Positions 20,601 to 27,266 of a stretch of DNA of 64,000 bases are shown here, piece by piece. The DNA is from Candidatus Omnitrophota bacterium. GTDB taxonomy: Bacteria > Omnitrophota > Omnitrophia > Omnitrophales > Aquincolibacteriaceae. The notes beneath the pieces are model-generated. The model was given only the letters and a program-made list of their open reading frames with translations. It made no database searches and was not told where the DNA came from. How positions within the stretch are numbered: position 1 is the stretch's first letter; every line of letters starts with the position of its first letter. The DNA lies in assembly GCA_030698625.1 (NCBI GenBank), contig JAUYMS010000024.1, positions 482 to 64,481 of the forward strand, in the 5' to 3' direction. Made by a program: the position numbers and the translations under genes.

Positions 20601-22357
20601 TCTTCCATTCGGCTTTCTATCTTGCGGTCGAGAAGTTGCGTATAGCGGCCTGCCTGTGTGATGCGGCCCTGTTCATAGAGACTCCGAATCACGGAATCAC
20701 GCCAGGCCCTAAGTGTAAGGCCCTGTTTGACGCTGCCCTCCGTAAGTCTATCTACGGTTGCCTCTGTAAATGCCGCCCGCAGGTCAATGCGGCCCTTACG
20801 GACTTTAAAATACTTATTCCAGGACACTTGTCCGCGCATGTAATCTTGATACCGTGTCTGTTCCGGGATTTCGTCAATATCGGGGGTCACCACCGCAAAG
20901 GATATCCCCTCCGCTCGAAAGGACTCGGCAAGTGCCTCGCGGTGAAAACCACCGGTAATAACGACAACAGTCTTATCTGCCTGCTTTGCACTGAGCTTTT
21001 TGATATTCTCGAGGAAGACCTGATCGCGCTTAAATGTCGTTTCATAGAAATGACGAAAAGCGAGGGTAGTCTCCTCGTCAAAGAGCGCCTGAACTTTTGC
21101 TGCCAAGCCTTCAGCGACCCCGTCAAAGGCAATAACATGACGCATCCAATCGTTGAGCGCATCCCATTCGGTCCGCGAAAGCTCCAGACGCTTTAGCTTT
21201 CCGAGAAGAAAGATCTGCCTGTCCAGATTATCGATGCGGCGTTCTTCAGGTCCTTGGACAACGGTGTCCTTGACCTCTGCGACATAGGCATCCCACTGAG
21301 TAAAAAACTCAGGGCCTCGAGTACGACTAAGCAGATTATGATGTCGGGTCAGCTCTTCTAGCCTCTGTGAGATATTTGGCAGCTCGATGTGCTTCGTCTC
21401 TTGGAGTTCGCTTAGCAGATCTGAGAGGACGCTTGCAAATCCGGCTCGGCTGATGGCTTCGGTTCGATAAGCCTGAAGCTTCTGGTGAAAGTCGCGTATC
21501 TGTGAAGTCGCCGTGAGGACCGGTTTTATGGCAGATGCAATCGCCTCAAGTTCCTGATCAAACTCTTTGGCGCTCTTAAACTCCTCGAGCTTAATACTCT
21601 TCGCCAACGAGTGAACTAGCGGATAGGCATGCTCGTCAACGGGATGAATGCCGACCATGTATGCCATCAAGTCACTTAGATAGCCCCGTTCGACCCGCCA
21701 CCGTTTCAAACGCCTGTCGAGCGCCATTGTCTGCGCACTATAATGCCCTTCTTTGAGAGTATTCAGCTCGCCTTCCAGTTGTTCGAGATATTCCTCTAGC
21801 TTTGGCCCCTCATTTAATGAAACCAGGAATGACGCGGTACCCTCTTCATACAAGCTTGGGTCTTCCATCCCGACATACAGCGTGTCGTCATCACCAAGGA
21901 CGCTGGCGGCAATGGCACCGGAGAGTTCTCCACTGCGCATATAATCGCCGAATACCTGCTCCAACTTTTCCCTGTCTGGAAACGCCCGGAATAGGCTTGG
22001 GTCAAATGCCTTGTCGGTACCTTCAAGGGCGACCGCATCGACGGTATATGCATTCAGCAGATAGCGCAATATCTTATAGATTGAACTCTGAGCTTGAGGA
22101 ATGGCGTGTGCGTCCTGAATAAAGATCACCGTCGGGGCCTCTCTGTCCGACTGATAGCGTTCTTCTATATACCCCAGGTCTTCCGGTAATTTAAGCAGGC
22201 TGAGAGAGCCGTCTCTAAGAGACTGGCGAAACGCAGGGACTTGGGTTTGAGCTCCAACCAAAGGCAGGGCCGCATACGCCGCCTGCATGGGGTTAAAAAT
22301 AACCTCAGCGGCGCAAAATGCAATGAGAGTCATCGTTGAGATAATCTTCTTAATCAT
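8699..22357 (-). CDS. Giant exported multi-module protein (4552 aa): signal peptide, EreA/ChaN/TIKI-like N-domain, HTH-repeat array, SNF2 ATPase, SAM-MTase-like domain, C-terminal domain
   Basis: ORF track. N-terminus MIKKIISTMTLIAFCAAEVIFNPMQAAYAA. Motifs IQDAH, LEG, RDQ, TGGFH; SNF2 motifs I-VI; five RSELR. Confidence 0.93.
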   Translation of the reverse strand: MIKKIISTMTLIAFCAAEVIFNPMQAAYAALPLVGAQTQVPAFRQSLRDGSLSLLKLPEDLGYIEERYQSDREAPTVIFIQDAHAIPQAQSSIYKILRYLLNAYTVDAVALEGTDKAFDPSLFRAFPDREKLEQVFGDYMRSGELSGAIAASVLGDDDTLYVGMEDPSLYEEGTASFLVSLNEGPKLEEYLEQLEGELNTLKEGHYSAQTMALDRRLKRWRVERGYLSDLMAYMVGIHPVDEHAYPLVHSLAKSIKLEEFKSAKEFDQELEAIASAIKPVLTATSQIRDFHQKLQAYRTEAISRAGFASVLSDLLSELQETKHIELPNISQRLEELTRHHNLLSRTRGPEFFTQWDAYVAEVKDTVVQGPEERRIDNLDRQIFLLGKLKRLELSRTEWDALNDWMRHVIAFDGVAEGLAAKVQALFDEETTLAFRHFYETTFKRDQVFLENIKKLSAKQADKTVVVITGGFHREALAESFRAEGISFAVVTPDIDEIPEQTRYQDYMRGQVSWNKYFKVRKGRIDLRAAFTEATVDRLTEGSVKQGLTLRAWRDSVIRSLYEQGRITQAGRYTQLLDRKIESRMEDDLITRFTEKWSANLERFIERINILDQQDRLTEAEVARILSSPTNQFAEAVPAGTILAVFRTQSLRPDFLLRYPGFRARSELRGEDVETVNLSRVIKKPGKWFKPYDLGTLDGNKANRHFLKNAFRVADALGIRNVDIVDGFATLDEEITPSTVSFWRTDPAATITFANAAILALVLLESEFAYEPAAAVSRILGTRVASNKGLSLRQLAPIFTGVKNVIDEVAQELVQPLSGIDFDRNEITPELAERFKQHVYSNIYRMTPALKVTHYEINNALNTTSAYYWQNGLDRPGGTHEDPVIAWGFASELAKYVSAEVDPVVAVAKMAGDDTIDANVLSRIWRDFPRDDQMPTPQTRQPAVVKSPAKSRPAPPAADGPVNINRLIERPADEFFRPGSKRILAEDIGDRKVEVNRHFIANTYALVQALEIDNQEIADLVGVHVATVRRWWANPIATITWADAAKLAQRLLRDESGDFTDAQAVARIFGALRLSLIQLKPIFHEANKVINQIIADTVKPVNFKRDPLTPTAAGKLKSNFLDNAFLAARALNMSNAEIHEAVIHIAMGGPAQSGTVGYWENGKPGEKGAKRTIRGPYAAQLAKYITGKKLAVSATATLTGDENLTHAELSEVFAAFPTRSELRTQAEDGDLVKQPTTLQNYFAKRGEVVDLDNLTIEQAKTARNLFLDNAFWMIGNHYSYEEIRQTTGAGSTGTVDYWKKGKKGTVYRSIDLEYARELAKLALTGYPEATSYYRSLAYLFGDTSLSRAQIAAIFRRARERLPKGDVAQVSGIREPARGLFRKGSNRLVKQDADTIKTNQHFLENAGRVADNLEIDDQEIADVVGVHVATVRRWWNNPIATINWEDAAKLARYLLRIEKNYTDAAAVARMIGAPNLSLIQMAPIFDGARDAIKTIVAEQTLDLPYSLFDASNVENGDARRLKLHALQNVFRVTPQLGITNPEINEALDTTTANYWQKGKPGKDGEWEYPSISWAYIAELAQYVSASKQQIRAVATLAGHSSLGRAEFEQVFSDFGERSELRAGVDLNRTIENPKAWLDQYTVASIDKKRANRHFIRNALAVVKALWGEDEVTQASRDIAAETGIAFGKITRWWTYEGNEHVTISWDDAVKLAKYLLEDEAAYDDRAAVARLVGIRRLSVRQLAAVFTDAQKEVDQAVRDKATPLPAAQFNPGNITVASAERFKQRVLGNIYRVTPVLSITHGEINQALRTTSSYYWANGLDRRDGTHEDPVAAWGFVSELAKYVTGEANGVRAVAKIYGDTSIGTAQLREIYASFGEAPEPAPSALARRDEPTDGDIAAERRLREVITPPGRWLYRRGSHRLVREDVDTIRANRHFLANTQAVAREFGLGVEDIARAVGLPVAKARRWWSSNPIATITWEDAAKLAQFLLGTALPRNEVTDAAAVARILGVPNLSLIQMEPIFHEANQALEAAVEAAIKRANFPHGNITPVVAGKLRSNFLDNAFLVARALNLSNSELHEAVIYAALGGPVQSGTVGYWEKGKPGERGVNRRIGGVAAAELAKYVSGKRRLVSGIAKLAGDDALTREQLSRVFRNLPARSELRTQLLDPSQRWLSNLAEAPWQDERIISRDAIRTLLLYLMSQADTDMDGLLRNRSNFKQPILGDQNLESLIAVYEAEVVNRDYVSAAAGPDRIYETAVQLLLHDTGFRQYEGFGAIERQRRLEKTVDETNRDLFRQLTRTINMDEWLDLFETDRAGFWFLLSAANPQMAEDQLMQLLTEKFRQQLNGRKSRKPTSYSRGRIEHLENDFYLFFQNDSTKNILLAQIRERIANDLMAAAADEANGKGGTPAEQAMEIAIEWAEAGRAQWQTEVDAVRREQTASEDGALQLRLAKAEANVTVYTELRRHYNDLKQAKYQSHVNAVKPGTSIKQELELYQHEGIDFGVRTLRGFIGDEPGLGKSVQALGVAQVAKDIMMQQALKTASENQRNQRVLLIAANGVLNNWEEKHIQSWLPNTERLDLSAVDWNSMTEEDWNRERRIADGLQELPEGERPKKDLYVIIDADYSGAYGNSTRMQRLLYAKNRARFVMINYNFLATGQDIQWDGDTRQQKDVLAEELRNWGGADQGPDLIIVDEAHRFKNATNSETKTLISMRSTRPEQRILLLSGTLLVNSVGDLYPLLHLLDPEEYPEQLNGASNLAASQRGFGRRYQGVAGRVALNLDLRRRGIIIRRSREQVLGDNLPERLDTEFVEVSLEQRLTPAGDNLQQAVYEYLDRDLLNTADNQQRVGKITRLQLGSLDLDALGIDPATLEAVLLRLEEALPSLQDQLEINPRVQESIDRIIAEAIRELTHDRQSWGPPNPYGDPSTNPNFPYAFTSPARLDAVATDLINHRSTHPDSKVFAVSNFHAILRRIHELVAQKRGQAEVLRLQRVLAGRSEVSDVSELGIPVASIQRVIQSISKDLVAEDDLVRRVEHKAQPYLESVIGRRIVATKPVSQEQALRDFRAIVMHADYNTATFPKPMARIRRMVQRRLGQEFIATLQKPDHNEPVTGPLRYATIENFNRHTDHDSPDKEILLAMAGSGGEGFDVVGSEEKPTDAIYIVDSPLTDARREQVISRIYRRGQSADEIHIRQYYAPNTWEATRAIPLVGTKRDMLLQALDGFVDDEQLEVSSYQAIQDASRERDKMLRLLANLERIYSVAMRTGDWNTVRDMWDRFAKEYSEKITRLAAYPLGQMFLRYLVELQTTGQIELSKGDTVSFLPSGPATDLLGWYEVRRIMANLSPTGDFKINDLHYNLVDFSQAMLDLAHKNLDNRGVTNVDYINKNLVLDDLEPEVAQLTIGSELWHYGQPIIPPDLTPEQRRILEDIIRRRLRGEHRARVPEALPRAERSLLNMVLDRIPAGITEADIPKLYVGQRNYMLKQLVQHTKKDGYVLLFLHNGDMTEAARTFLEENYGMTVVHNGFGTLNLEGIPARLRKVLTQSSFVLAKRTNVDVDLSPERLSRLPWDGYEIRSGRRHSLTRSGADVIHIHPPTDDGDQGDPTSSLNAWIEDRVTRINRRAVELRSEEVQLLRLKGELKGLISTAHPDIGAVPQITGKIHQMIDLNPEAAYLESVLGEILNVRFGDNPEWDPFANELDVEVIDLLRRTLSDMNNEGRRVIVEEPAATGGQPRGGRPQVLPQPEPVPDDITDDHDLMQLLKNPANFSDGKGYTFVMIQEGMQHFSSDIIVDEDNKTIWVNAHLVQDSGLAPADITTLLQLRLHAHLDALVSEIKGLSDENRLELAFVGLDRLQQRFAGLKESGRYLEIATTLVNQKVYAHLVKFLWELADPKALPLLEGRILNFQHSAGGTRKENRDFLGKYRASRKAIALGGSLDSSVVRRIREYLSEKLGDEIQDEFAADQTRAIELFIGRHGKKFPNRLSAGHIDTEFDEEMDLEGDAEETSITIIHVDEAGERTWLGRLKPGMTPDSVEEPWDLNWEAIETQEDVTSIRFPEWNGAYRRGADKRYGITRLGGRGKGGQTKIWPKIAADGLPAHGLLLIGGREAKGPALIVRKLPGRSLAAVFQVRREIADIVGPTGVADSGHMTPIFDYIIDDENNHPVAIIDISKPSDGLIIPQVTDGNETIEAHTAFAVVEKAGEPGTMLLQIIRNPLDEEAENTLTIAKPAPKAGDQRSELRAIAEVAAGIVSPSPVVIARTSALTVENVANSDTGVAGFADGLRASYRLLIFDHLFVRTAAAQQFSGSTREAYAYAGTVLKEHRFSPQQFNQIAREEFRASLDRLVDAIQRQEVKQLTPIIFYSPEIKEQLLSFVARVYEAVDSQPNLDVKDFQFHIVFSDKEKKQKGDFLSALSKQKAAAQNLVRDSLYWVDGTDSQWVELTKQLDQRVIGNQKFADAYGIFFPHDRWLALSRSVPRQRIVRSNGVPLAFSMSLVPPLAQFLSTTETAEITAQALDKALERYAGSVQYDVSTGITILTTLLQLMAASHREIAASA
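11860..12430 (-). other. Class I SAM-dependent methyltransferase-like domain within the 4552-aa protein
   Basis: SFLPSGPA (motif I-like), LVDFSQAMLDLA (acidic post-beta2 motif), VDYINKNL, LKQLVQHTKKDGYVLL (LKPGG-like). Boundaries approximate. Confidence 0.6.
12730..14890 (-). other. SNF2-family (SF2) helicase/ATPase domain within the 4552-aa protein
   Basis: LYQHEG (Q motif), DEPGLGKS (I, 14801-14824), LLIAANGVLNNW (Ia), IIVDEAHRFKN (II, DEAH at 14273-14284), LLSGTLLVNSVGDL (III), IRRSREQV, KVFAVSNF (IV), SGGEGFDV (V), EQVISRIYRRGQ (VI). Confidence 0.9.
15890..20340 (-). repeat. Tandem array of 11 diverged HTH(XRE/Cro)-like units
   Basis: 5 A-type units (NRHF..N...EIADxVGVHVATVRRWW.NPIATI.W.DAAKLA), 5 B-type units (N.[YF]...L.....EI..A.....YW..G...[AS]ELAKYV) and 1 related variant unit. 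Confidence 0.8.
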
Positions 22358-22635
22358 AAGTGATACAAACCCCTATCCTATTTTTAATAAAGTAAGTCTA
22401 TAAGGTCTTCCCATGCATAAATTTCCCACGAATAATTAAAAGTATAAAAGGTAGTGAAAGGGTACCATTCATCCTTCTGATTTCAAGGCAGGCCGTGAGG
22501 TTACTGGCAGGAACGAGGCAATATTGCCTCAAGAGAGATTAAACTTGTCCTCACTGGTTATCATTTTGGTATGACAATCATTGCTATAAGTAGCTAACCG
22601 TTGTGCATCCCCACGAAGACCAGCCACACCATGGT

Positions 22636-22664
22636 TAGACAAAATACGGGCACGGTGCTAGAAT
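22636..22664 (+). promoter_or_regulatory. sigma70-type promoter of lpxA (TAGACA-17bp-TAGAAT, extended -10 TG)
   Basis: -35 at 22636-22641, -10 at 22659-22664, ATG at 22671. Confidence 0.65.
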
Positions 22665-22670
22665 GCCGCC

Positions 22671-23492
22671 ATGCCTACAATTCACCCCACAGCCATTATT
22701 GGTAAGGATGTCCAGCTAGGCGAGGGTTGCCAGATTGGGTCCCACGTCATCATTGAAGACGGCGTCAAACTAGGGCAAAAAAACACCATTCGGGCCGGCG
22801 CCTATATCTGCCAAGGCACCAAAATGGGTGACCAAAACGATGTCCATATGCATGCCATTATTGGCCACGCTCCCCAGGACGTGTCTTTTGAGGGCGAGCC
22901 GTCCTACACACGCATTGGCGACCGGAATCAGATACGGGAGTTTGTTACCATCCATCGCGGCACAAAACCGGAGTCAGAAACGGTTATCGGCAATGACAAT
23001 TACCTCATGGCCTACTGCCATATTGCTCATAACTGCGTTGTGGGAAACCGCGTCATTATGGTAAACCAAGCTTCTTTAACCGGTTACTGCGTCGTTGAAG
23101 ACCAGGCCTTTTTGTCCGGGATGACGGGCCTGCACCAATTCACAAAGGTTGGCCGCCTTTCTATATTAAGTGCCCTCTCGGCAGTCAATAAGGACATACC
23201 TCCTTACATGATGTGCGGCGGCCGTCCGGCCGTAGTGCTTGGAATTAATGCGGTGGGTCTGAGGCGGGCAGGCATATCTTCGGATGTGCGCGCGGAAATC
23301 AAGGAGGCTTATAAGCTCCTCTACCGGTCCGGCCTTAATGTCAGCCAGGCCTTAGAGGCGATTTCCGAAAACTTAAAAAGTGAGGAAGTGAAGCATCTTG
23401 TGGAATTTATTGAATCCTCGGATCGCGGCATTATGGACGGCGCGTCAAGCGATGATGCCGAGACCTTACAGCCCCGTAAAAACTTCGCCTAG
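22671..23492 (+). CDS. lpxA: Acyl-ACP:UDP-N-acetylglucosamine O-acyltransferase
   Basis: IHPTAII hexapeptide repeats, PQD, IREFVTIHRGT, HIAHNC, GINAVGLRR. Confidence 0.92.
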   Translation: MPTIHPTAIIGKDVQLGEGCQIGSHVIIEDGVKLGQKNTIRAGAYICQGTKMGDQNDVHMHAIIGHAPQDVSFEGEPSYTRIGDRNQIREFVTIHRGTKPESETVIGNDNYLMAYCHIAHNCVVGNRVIMVNQASLTGYCVVEDQAFLSGMTGLHQFTKVGRLSILSALSAVNKDIPPYMMCGGRPAVVLGINAVGLRRAGISSDVRAEIKEAYKLLYRSGLNVSQALEAISENLKSEEVKHLVEFIESSDRGIMDGASSDDAETLQPRKNFA

Positions 23493-24742
23493 ACTTTCCC
23501 CAAAATCAACACTGAATTCTTTCCCCCAAACCCGAAAGAATTCTTCATCGCAATGGAAATCTTATGCTGGCGAGTGGTGTCCGGTACGTAATCAAGATCG
23601 CATTCGGGATCCGGAACCGAGTAGTTGATCGTAGGTGGAATTTCATCATTGCCCATGGCTAAAAGAGTAGCAATGAGCTCCACGCTCCCCGCGGCGCCGA
23701 TCAGGTGGCCGATCATAGATTTTGTAGAACTCACGGGAATTTTATAAGCGTGATCTCCAAAAACCTTCTTGATGATCATAGTTTCTGTCTTGTCATTGAG
23801 GGGGGTGGACGTTCCGTGGGCATTGATATAGTCAACATCTTCGGGATTAATTCCCGCGCTGGCCATCGCCACACGCATGGCGCGGCTGGCCTCTTTGCCT
23901 TCAGGGTCTGGCGCAGTCATATGATAGGCATCACAAGTCATACCATGACCGAGAATCTCAGCATAGATGTGAGCTCCGCGCTTGCGCGCATGTTCGTATT
24001 CTTCTAGCACGAGCATACCGGCACCCTCGCCCAATACGAACCCGTCCCTGTCACGACTGAAAGGTCGACAGGCCCTCTGCGGCTCATCATTGCGTGTGGA
24101 AAGGGCTCGAGCAACACAGAACGCCGCCAGAATTCCTGGGTATATAGAAGCTTCTGCACCACCCATAATCAGGAAGTCCAGATTTCCGCTGCGGATGGCA
24201 TCAAACGCGTAGCCGCAAGCATCTGAGGCGGAGGAACAGGCAGTAGCGATAGAGAAACTCGGACCGGTAACACCAAGTTCGATGGAGACATTACTCGCAC
24301 AGGCGTCCGGAAAGGATGCCAAGGCTGTAAACGGATTGATCCGCATCGGACCCCGCTCCATCAGTGTCGTGTGCTGATCTAAGATATACCCATGACCGGC
24401 CATGGCCGTTCCGATAATAACTCCCGTACGGTCTGGTCCATTTGCGCGGAAATCAAGACCGGCATCCTCAGCAGCCATCTTGGCACAAGCTACTGCAAAC
24501 TGCGAGGTACGATCCATGCGTTTCAGTCGCTTGGGTTCAATAAAATCGGAAGGGCGGAAATCTTTGATCTCGCCGGCAAAGTGGGTAGTAAACGCGGTGG
24601 TGTCAAAGGCCTCAATCAGGCTTACGCCCGACTGGCCTTTCTGCAGAGCCTGCCAAAACTTCTCCTTCCCGCAACCGTTTGAGGCCAAAACCCCTAAACC
24701 GGTAACGACGACACGTCTGGCAGAACTCCTTATTGAAGTCAC
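23489..24742 (-). CDS. fabF: Beta-ketoacyl-ACP synthase II
   Basis: RRVVVTGLG, TACSS, NAHGTST, KSMIGH, NSFGFGG. Confidence 0.93.
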   Translation of the reverse strand: MTSIRSSARRVVVTGLGVLASNGCGKEKFWQALQKGQSGVSLIEAFDTTAFTTHFAGEIKDFRPSDFIEPKRLKRMDRTSQFAVACAKMAAEDAGLDFRANGPDRTGVIIGTAMAGHGYILDQHTTLMERGPMRINPFTALASFPDACASNVSIELGVTGPSFSIATACSSASDACGYAFDAIRSGNLDFLIMGGAEASIYPGILAAFCVARALSTRNDEPQRACRPFSRDRDGFVLGEGAGMLVLEEYEHARKRGAHIYAEILGHGMTCDAYHMTAPDPEGKEASRAMRVAMASAGINPEDVDYINAHGTSTPLNDKTETMIIKKVFGDHAYKIPVSSTKSMIGHLIGAAGSVELIATLLAMGNDEIPPTINYSVPDPECDLDYVPDTTRQHKISIAMKNSFGFGGKNSVLILGKV

Positions 24743-24770
24743 TAGAGGCGGCTCAAGGTTAGGGTAAATC

Positions 24771-26336
24771 TCAAACGGCGGGGACGGCTTCTCCCTTGCA
24801 CGTCAGGGCGATCTTTCGGGCCTCATGGTCGATGTGCAAGATACTGACCGTCACAGGAGACGAAACCTTGAAGTTTTTTTCCAGGTCGGCCGCAATTTCT
24901 TGGGGAATCTCCGAAATGTGCACCAAACCCTCCAGACCGTTTTCAAGCTCTACGAAAAGGCCAAAACTAACGACCCGCGTCACCTTTCCTGCAACTTGAT
25001 GCCCCGTATGCAGCTCCTTGGTAAGGGTCTCCCAGGGGTCATCGGTAAGCTGTTTCATGCCGAGTGAGATCTTCTGGTTGTCCGCATCAATGCCCAAAAT
25101 AATGACATTCACGGGGTCACCTTTTTTTAGGACATCACTGGGACGACTCACCTTGTGAGTCCAAGAAATATCAGAAATATGCACCAGGCCGTCAATGCCG
25201 GGTTCCAGTTCAACAAAGGCGCCGTAATCAGTGAGATTGCGAACCTTCCCCTCCACATGCGCACCCACCTGATATCGGTCCGGTACCCGCAACCAGGGAT
25301 TGTCCTGCGTCTGCTTCATACCCAGAGAGATTTTCTTCTCCTGCCTGTCCAGGTTCAGCACGACAACATCAACTTCGTCGCCAGTCTTAACCAACTCGGA
25401 CGGATGGCTAACACGCTTAGTCCAGGATAGTTCACTGATATGAACCAACCCCTCCACCCCCGGCTCTAATTCCACAAATGCGCCATACGGCAGAATATTA
25501 ACCACTTTACCGCGCACATGAGTACCAACGGGAAACTTCTGGTCGACGTTATCCCAAGGGTCTGTCGTCTTCTGCTTCAACCCCAGAGAAACCTTCTCAC
25601 TTTCACGGTCGATACCGATAATCACAACATCAATGTCATCACCCAATTTTGCCATTTCAGACGGGTGGGACAAACGGCCCCAACTCATGTCGGTGATGTG
25701 AAGAAGACCATCAAGGCTGCCAAGGTCGATAAAGGCCCCGAAGTCCGTAATGTTCTTTACTTTCCCGCGAACAATATCTCCTACTTTAAGAGTGCCCAGT
25801 TTCTGCAGACGAACCGCGTTCCTCTCTTTGTCGAGAAAATCCTTCCGGGAAACAACGACGTTCTTACGCTTATGATTAATTCTGGCGATAAGGAATTTGC
25901 TTTGCATTCCGAGAAATTGATCCAGGTGGCGGGTAGGTTTGATATCCACTAACGATGCCGGGAGAAACGCATCCATGCCGATATCCACCATGAACCCTCC
26001 GCGAACCTTCTTATAAATCTTACCTTCAACGATACTGCCCTCTTCAGCATTTGACAAAAGAGAAGTCCAAGTGCGCTGGCGATCCGCTTTTCTCTTGGAG
26101 ACAACAACGATTCCTTCCGCATCCAAAAAGGTCTCGAATAGGACGTCAAGTTGCATCCCGACAGAAACTTCAGAGGGATTGCTGAACTCATCAATCGGAA
26201 GAATGCCTTCCGACTTGTAACCGATATCAATCACGACTTCACGGTTACGGACGGCAACGACTGTCCCTTTTACGATGTCTCCTTCCTCATAAACGCGGAT
26301 AGAGCTCTCGTATAGTTCTGCGAATTGGGAATTCAT
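24771..26336 (-). CDS. rpsA: 30S ribosomal protein S1
   Basis: Six S1 repeats (DIGYKSEG, DFGAFIDLG, GLVHISELSW); SD AAGGAGG upstream. Confidence 0.96.
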   Translation of the reverse strand: MNSQFAELYESSIRVYEEGDIVKGTVVAVRNREVVIDIGYKSEGILPIDEFSNPSEVSVGMQLDVLFETFLDAEGIVVVSKRKADRQRTWTSLLSNAEEGSIVEGKIYKKVRGGFMVDIGMDAFLPASLVDIKPTRHLDQFLGMQSKFLIARINHKRKNVVVSRKDFLDKERNAVRLQKLGTLKVGDIVRGKVKNITDFGAFIDLGSLDGLLHITDMSWGRLSHPSEMAKLGDDIDVVIIGIDRESEKVSLGLKQKTTDPWDNVDQKFPVGTHVRGKVVNILPYGAFVELEPGVEGLVHISELSWTKRVSHPSELVKTGDEVDVVVLNLDRQEKKISLGMKQTQDNPWLRVPDRYQVGAHVEGKVRNLTDYGAFVELEPGIDGLVHISDISWTHKVSRPSDVLKKGDPVNVIILGIDADNQKISLGMKQLTDDPWETLTKELHTGHQVAGKVTRVVSFGLFVELENGLEGLVHISEIPQEIAADLEKNFKVSSPVTVSILHIDHEARKIALTCKGEAVPAV

Positions 26337-26381
26337 AAATGCAAACGCCTCCTTGAGATATAGACTTTGGCTAGGTAGGGC

Positions 26382-26410
26382 GCATTATAGCATAAAGCCC
26401 TATAATGCAA
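26382..26410 (-). promoter_or_regulatory. Probable rpsA promoter (TGcTATAAT extended -10) within a 9-bp inverted repeat
   Basis: Minus strand reads TTGCATTATAGGGCTTTATGCTATAATGC. Confidence 0.55.
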
Positions 26411-26412
26411 AG

Positions 26413-27246
26413 CTAAATTTGGGTGCGTTTTCGAGCAGCCGCGCGGAGAAATTTGAGCAAAAAACGCCCGTCCCGTCGGGCCAGACCACGCTGTAATGCT
26501 TGAAACTCCTGGCTAAATGCGGCCATGGACTTCAAAATTGCCTTCCGGTTGGAAAGCATGATCGGAAGCCAAACAGAGTCGCTAGCTGCAGCGATGCGGG
26601 TACTGTCGCGCAAGCCCGCACCTGCAAAGCGCAGGGAAGAACGCGGAATGGAGAGCATCAGACAGGCAGCAACGGCGTGAGGGAGGTGGCTTACGGCACT
26701 CACGACGGCATCGTGCTCATCCGCGCTAATCTCGACAACACGGCTTGAGATCCGCCTCCAGAATGATTTGACTTGCCGGTACGCCGCCTTATGTTTTGGT
26801 TCACGTATAAGAAAAATTAAACCCTCATTGTAGAGGTCTCGGTCGGCAGCGGGCATACCGCGCTTATGTGATCCGACAAGCGGATGAGCTCCTATGAACT
26901 CGATACTTTTCCAGGCCTTTCTGCGTATCAGACGCATCATCTGACCCTTTGCGCTTCCGACGTCGGTAACGATTGTTCCGGCACGTACAGTGCGGTCAAT
27001 GCGAGATAGAACTGACGAGAAGGTATCGACCGGCGTACAGACTACGATGAGGTCTGCTTCCTGAACCCCTCGCGCGAGATCCGTGAAGCCCTGGTGAATC
27101 CATCTGCGCCGTTTCGCAACGGCAATCGCAGCCCTGCTGCGGCTAATCCCGAGGATGCGACTATGAGGGAATTTCCTGCGGCAAGCACCTGCCAGCGAAC
27201 CGCCCATCAGTCCTAAGCCAACGATGGCAATACATTTCGGCTTCAT
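26413..27246 (-). CDS. tyrA: Prephenate/arogenate dehydrogenase
   Basis: GLGLMGGS, TDVGSAK, GAHPLVG, HD..VS.VSHLPH. Confidence 0.92.
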   Translation of the reverse strand: MKPKCIAIVGLGLMGGSLAGACRRKFPHSRILGISRSRAAIAVAKRRRWIHQGFTDLARGVQEADLIVVCTPVDTFSSVLSRIDRTVRAGTIVTDVGSAKGQMMRLIRRKAWKSIEFIGAHPLVGSHKRGMPAADRDLYNEGLIFLIREPKHKAAYRQVKSFWRRISSRVVEISADEHDAVVSAVSHLPHAVAACLMLSIPRSSLRFAGAGLRDSTRIAAASDSVWLPIMLSNRKAILKSMAAFSQEFQALQRGLARRDGRFLLKFLRAAARKRTQI

Positions 27247-27266
27247 GAAATGAGATCTGCTCGAGG

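Noticed and set aside
16883-21196. Long plus-strand ORFs 16883-17803, 18905-19813 and 20414-21196
   Set aside because: Antisense to the 4552-aa gene with no independent motifs; typical shadow frames.
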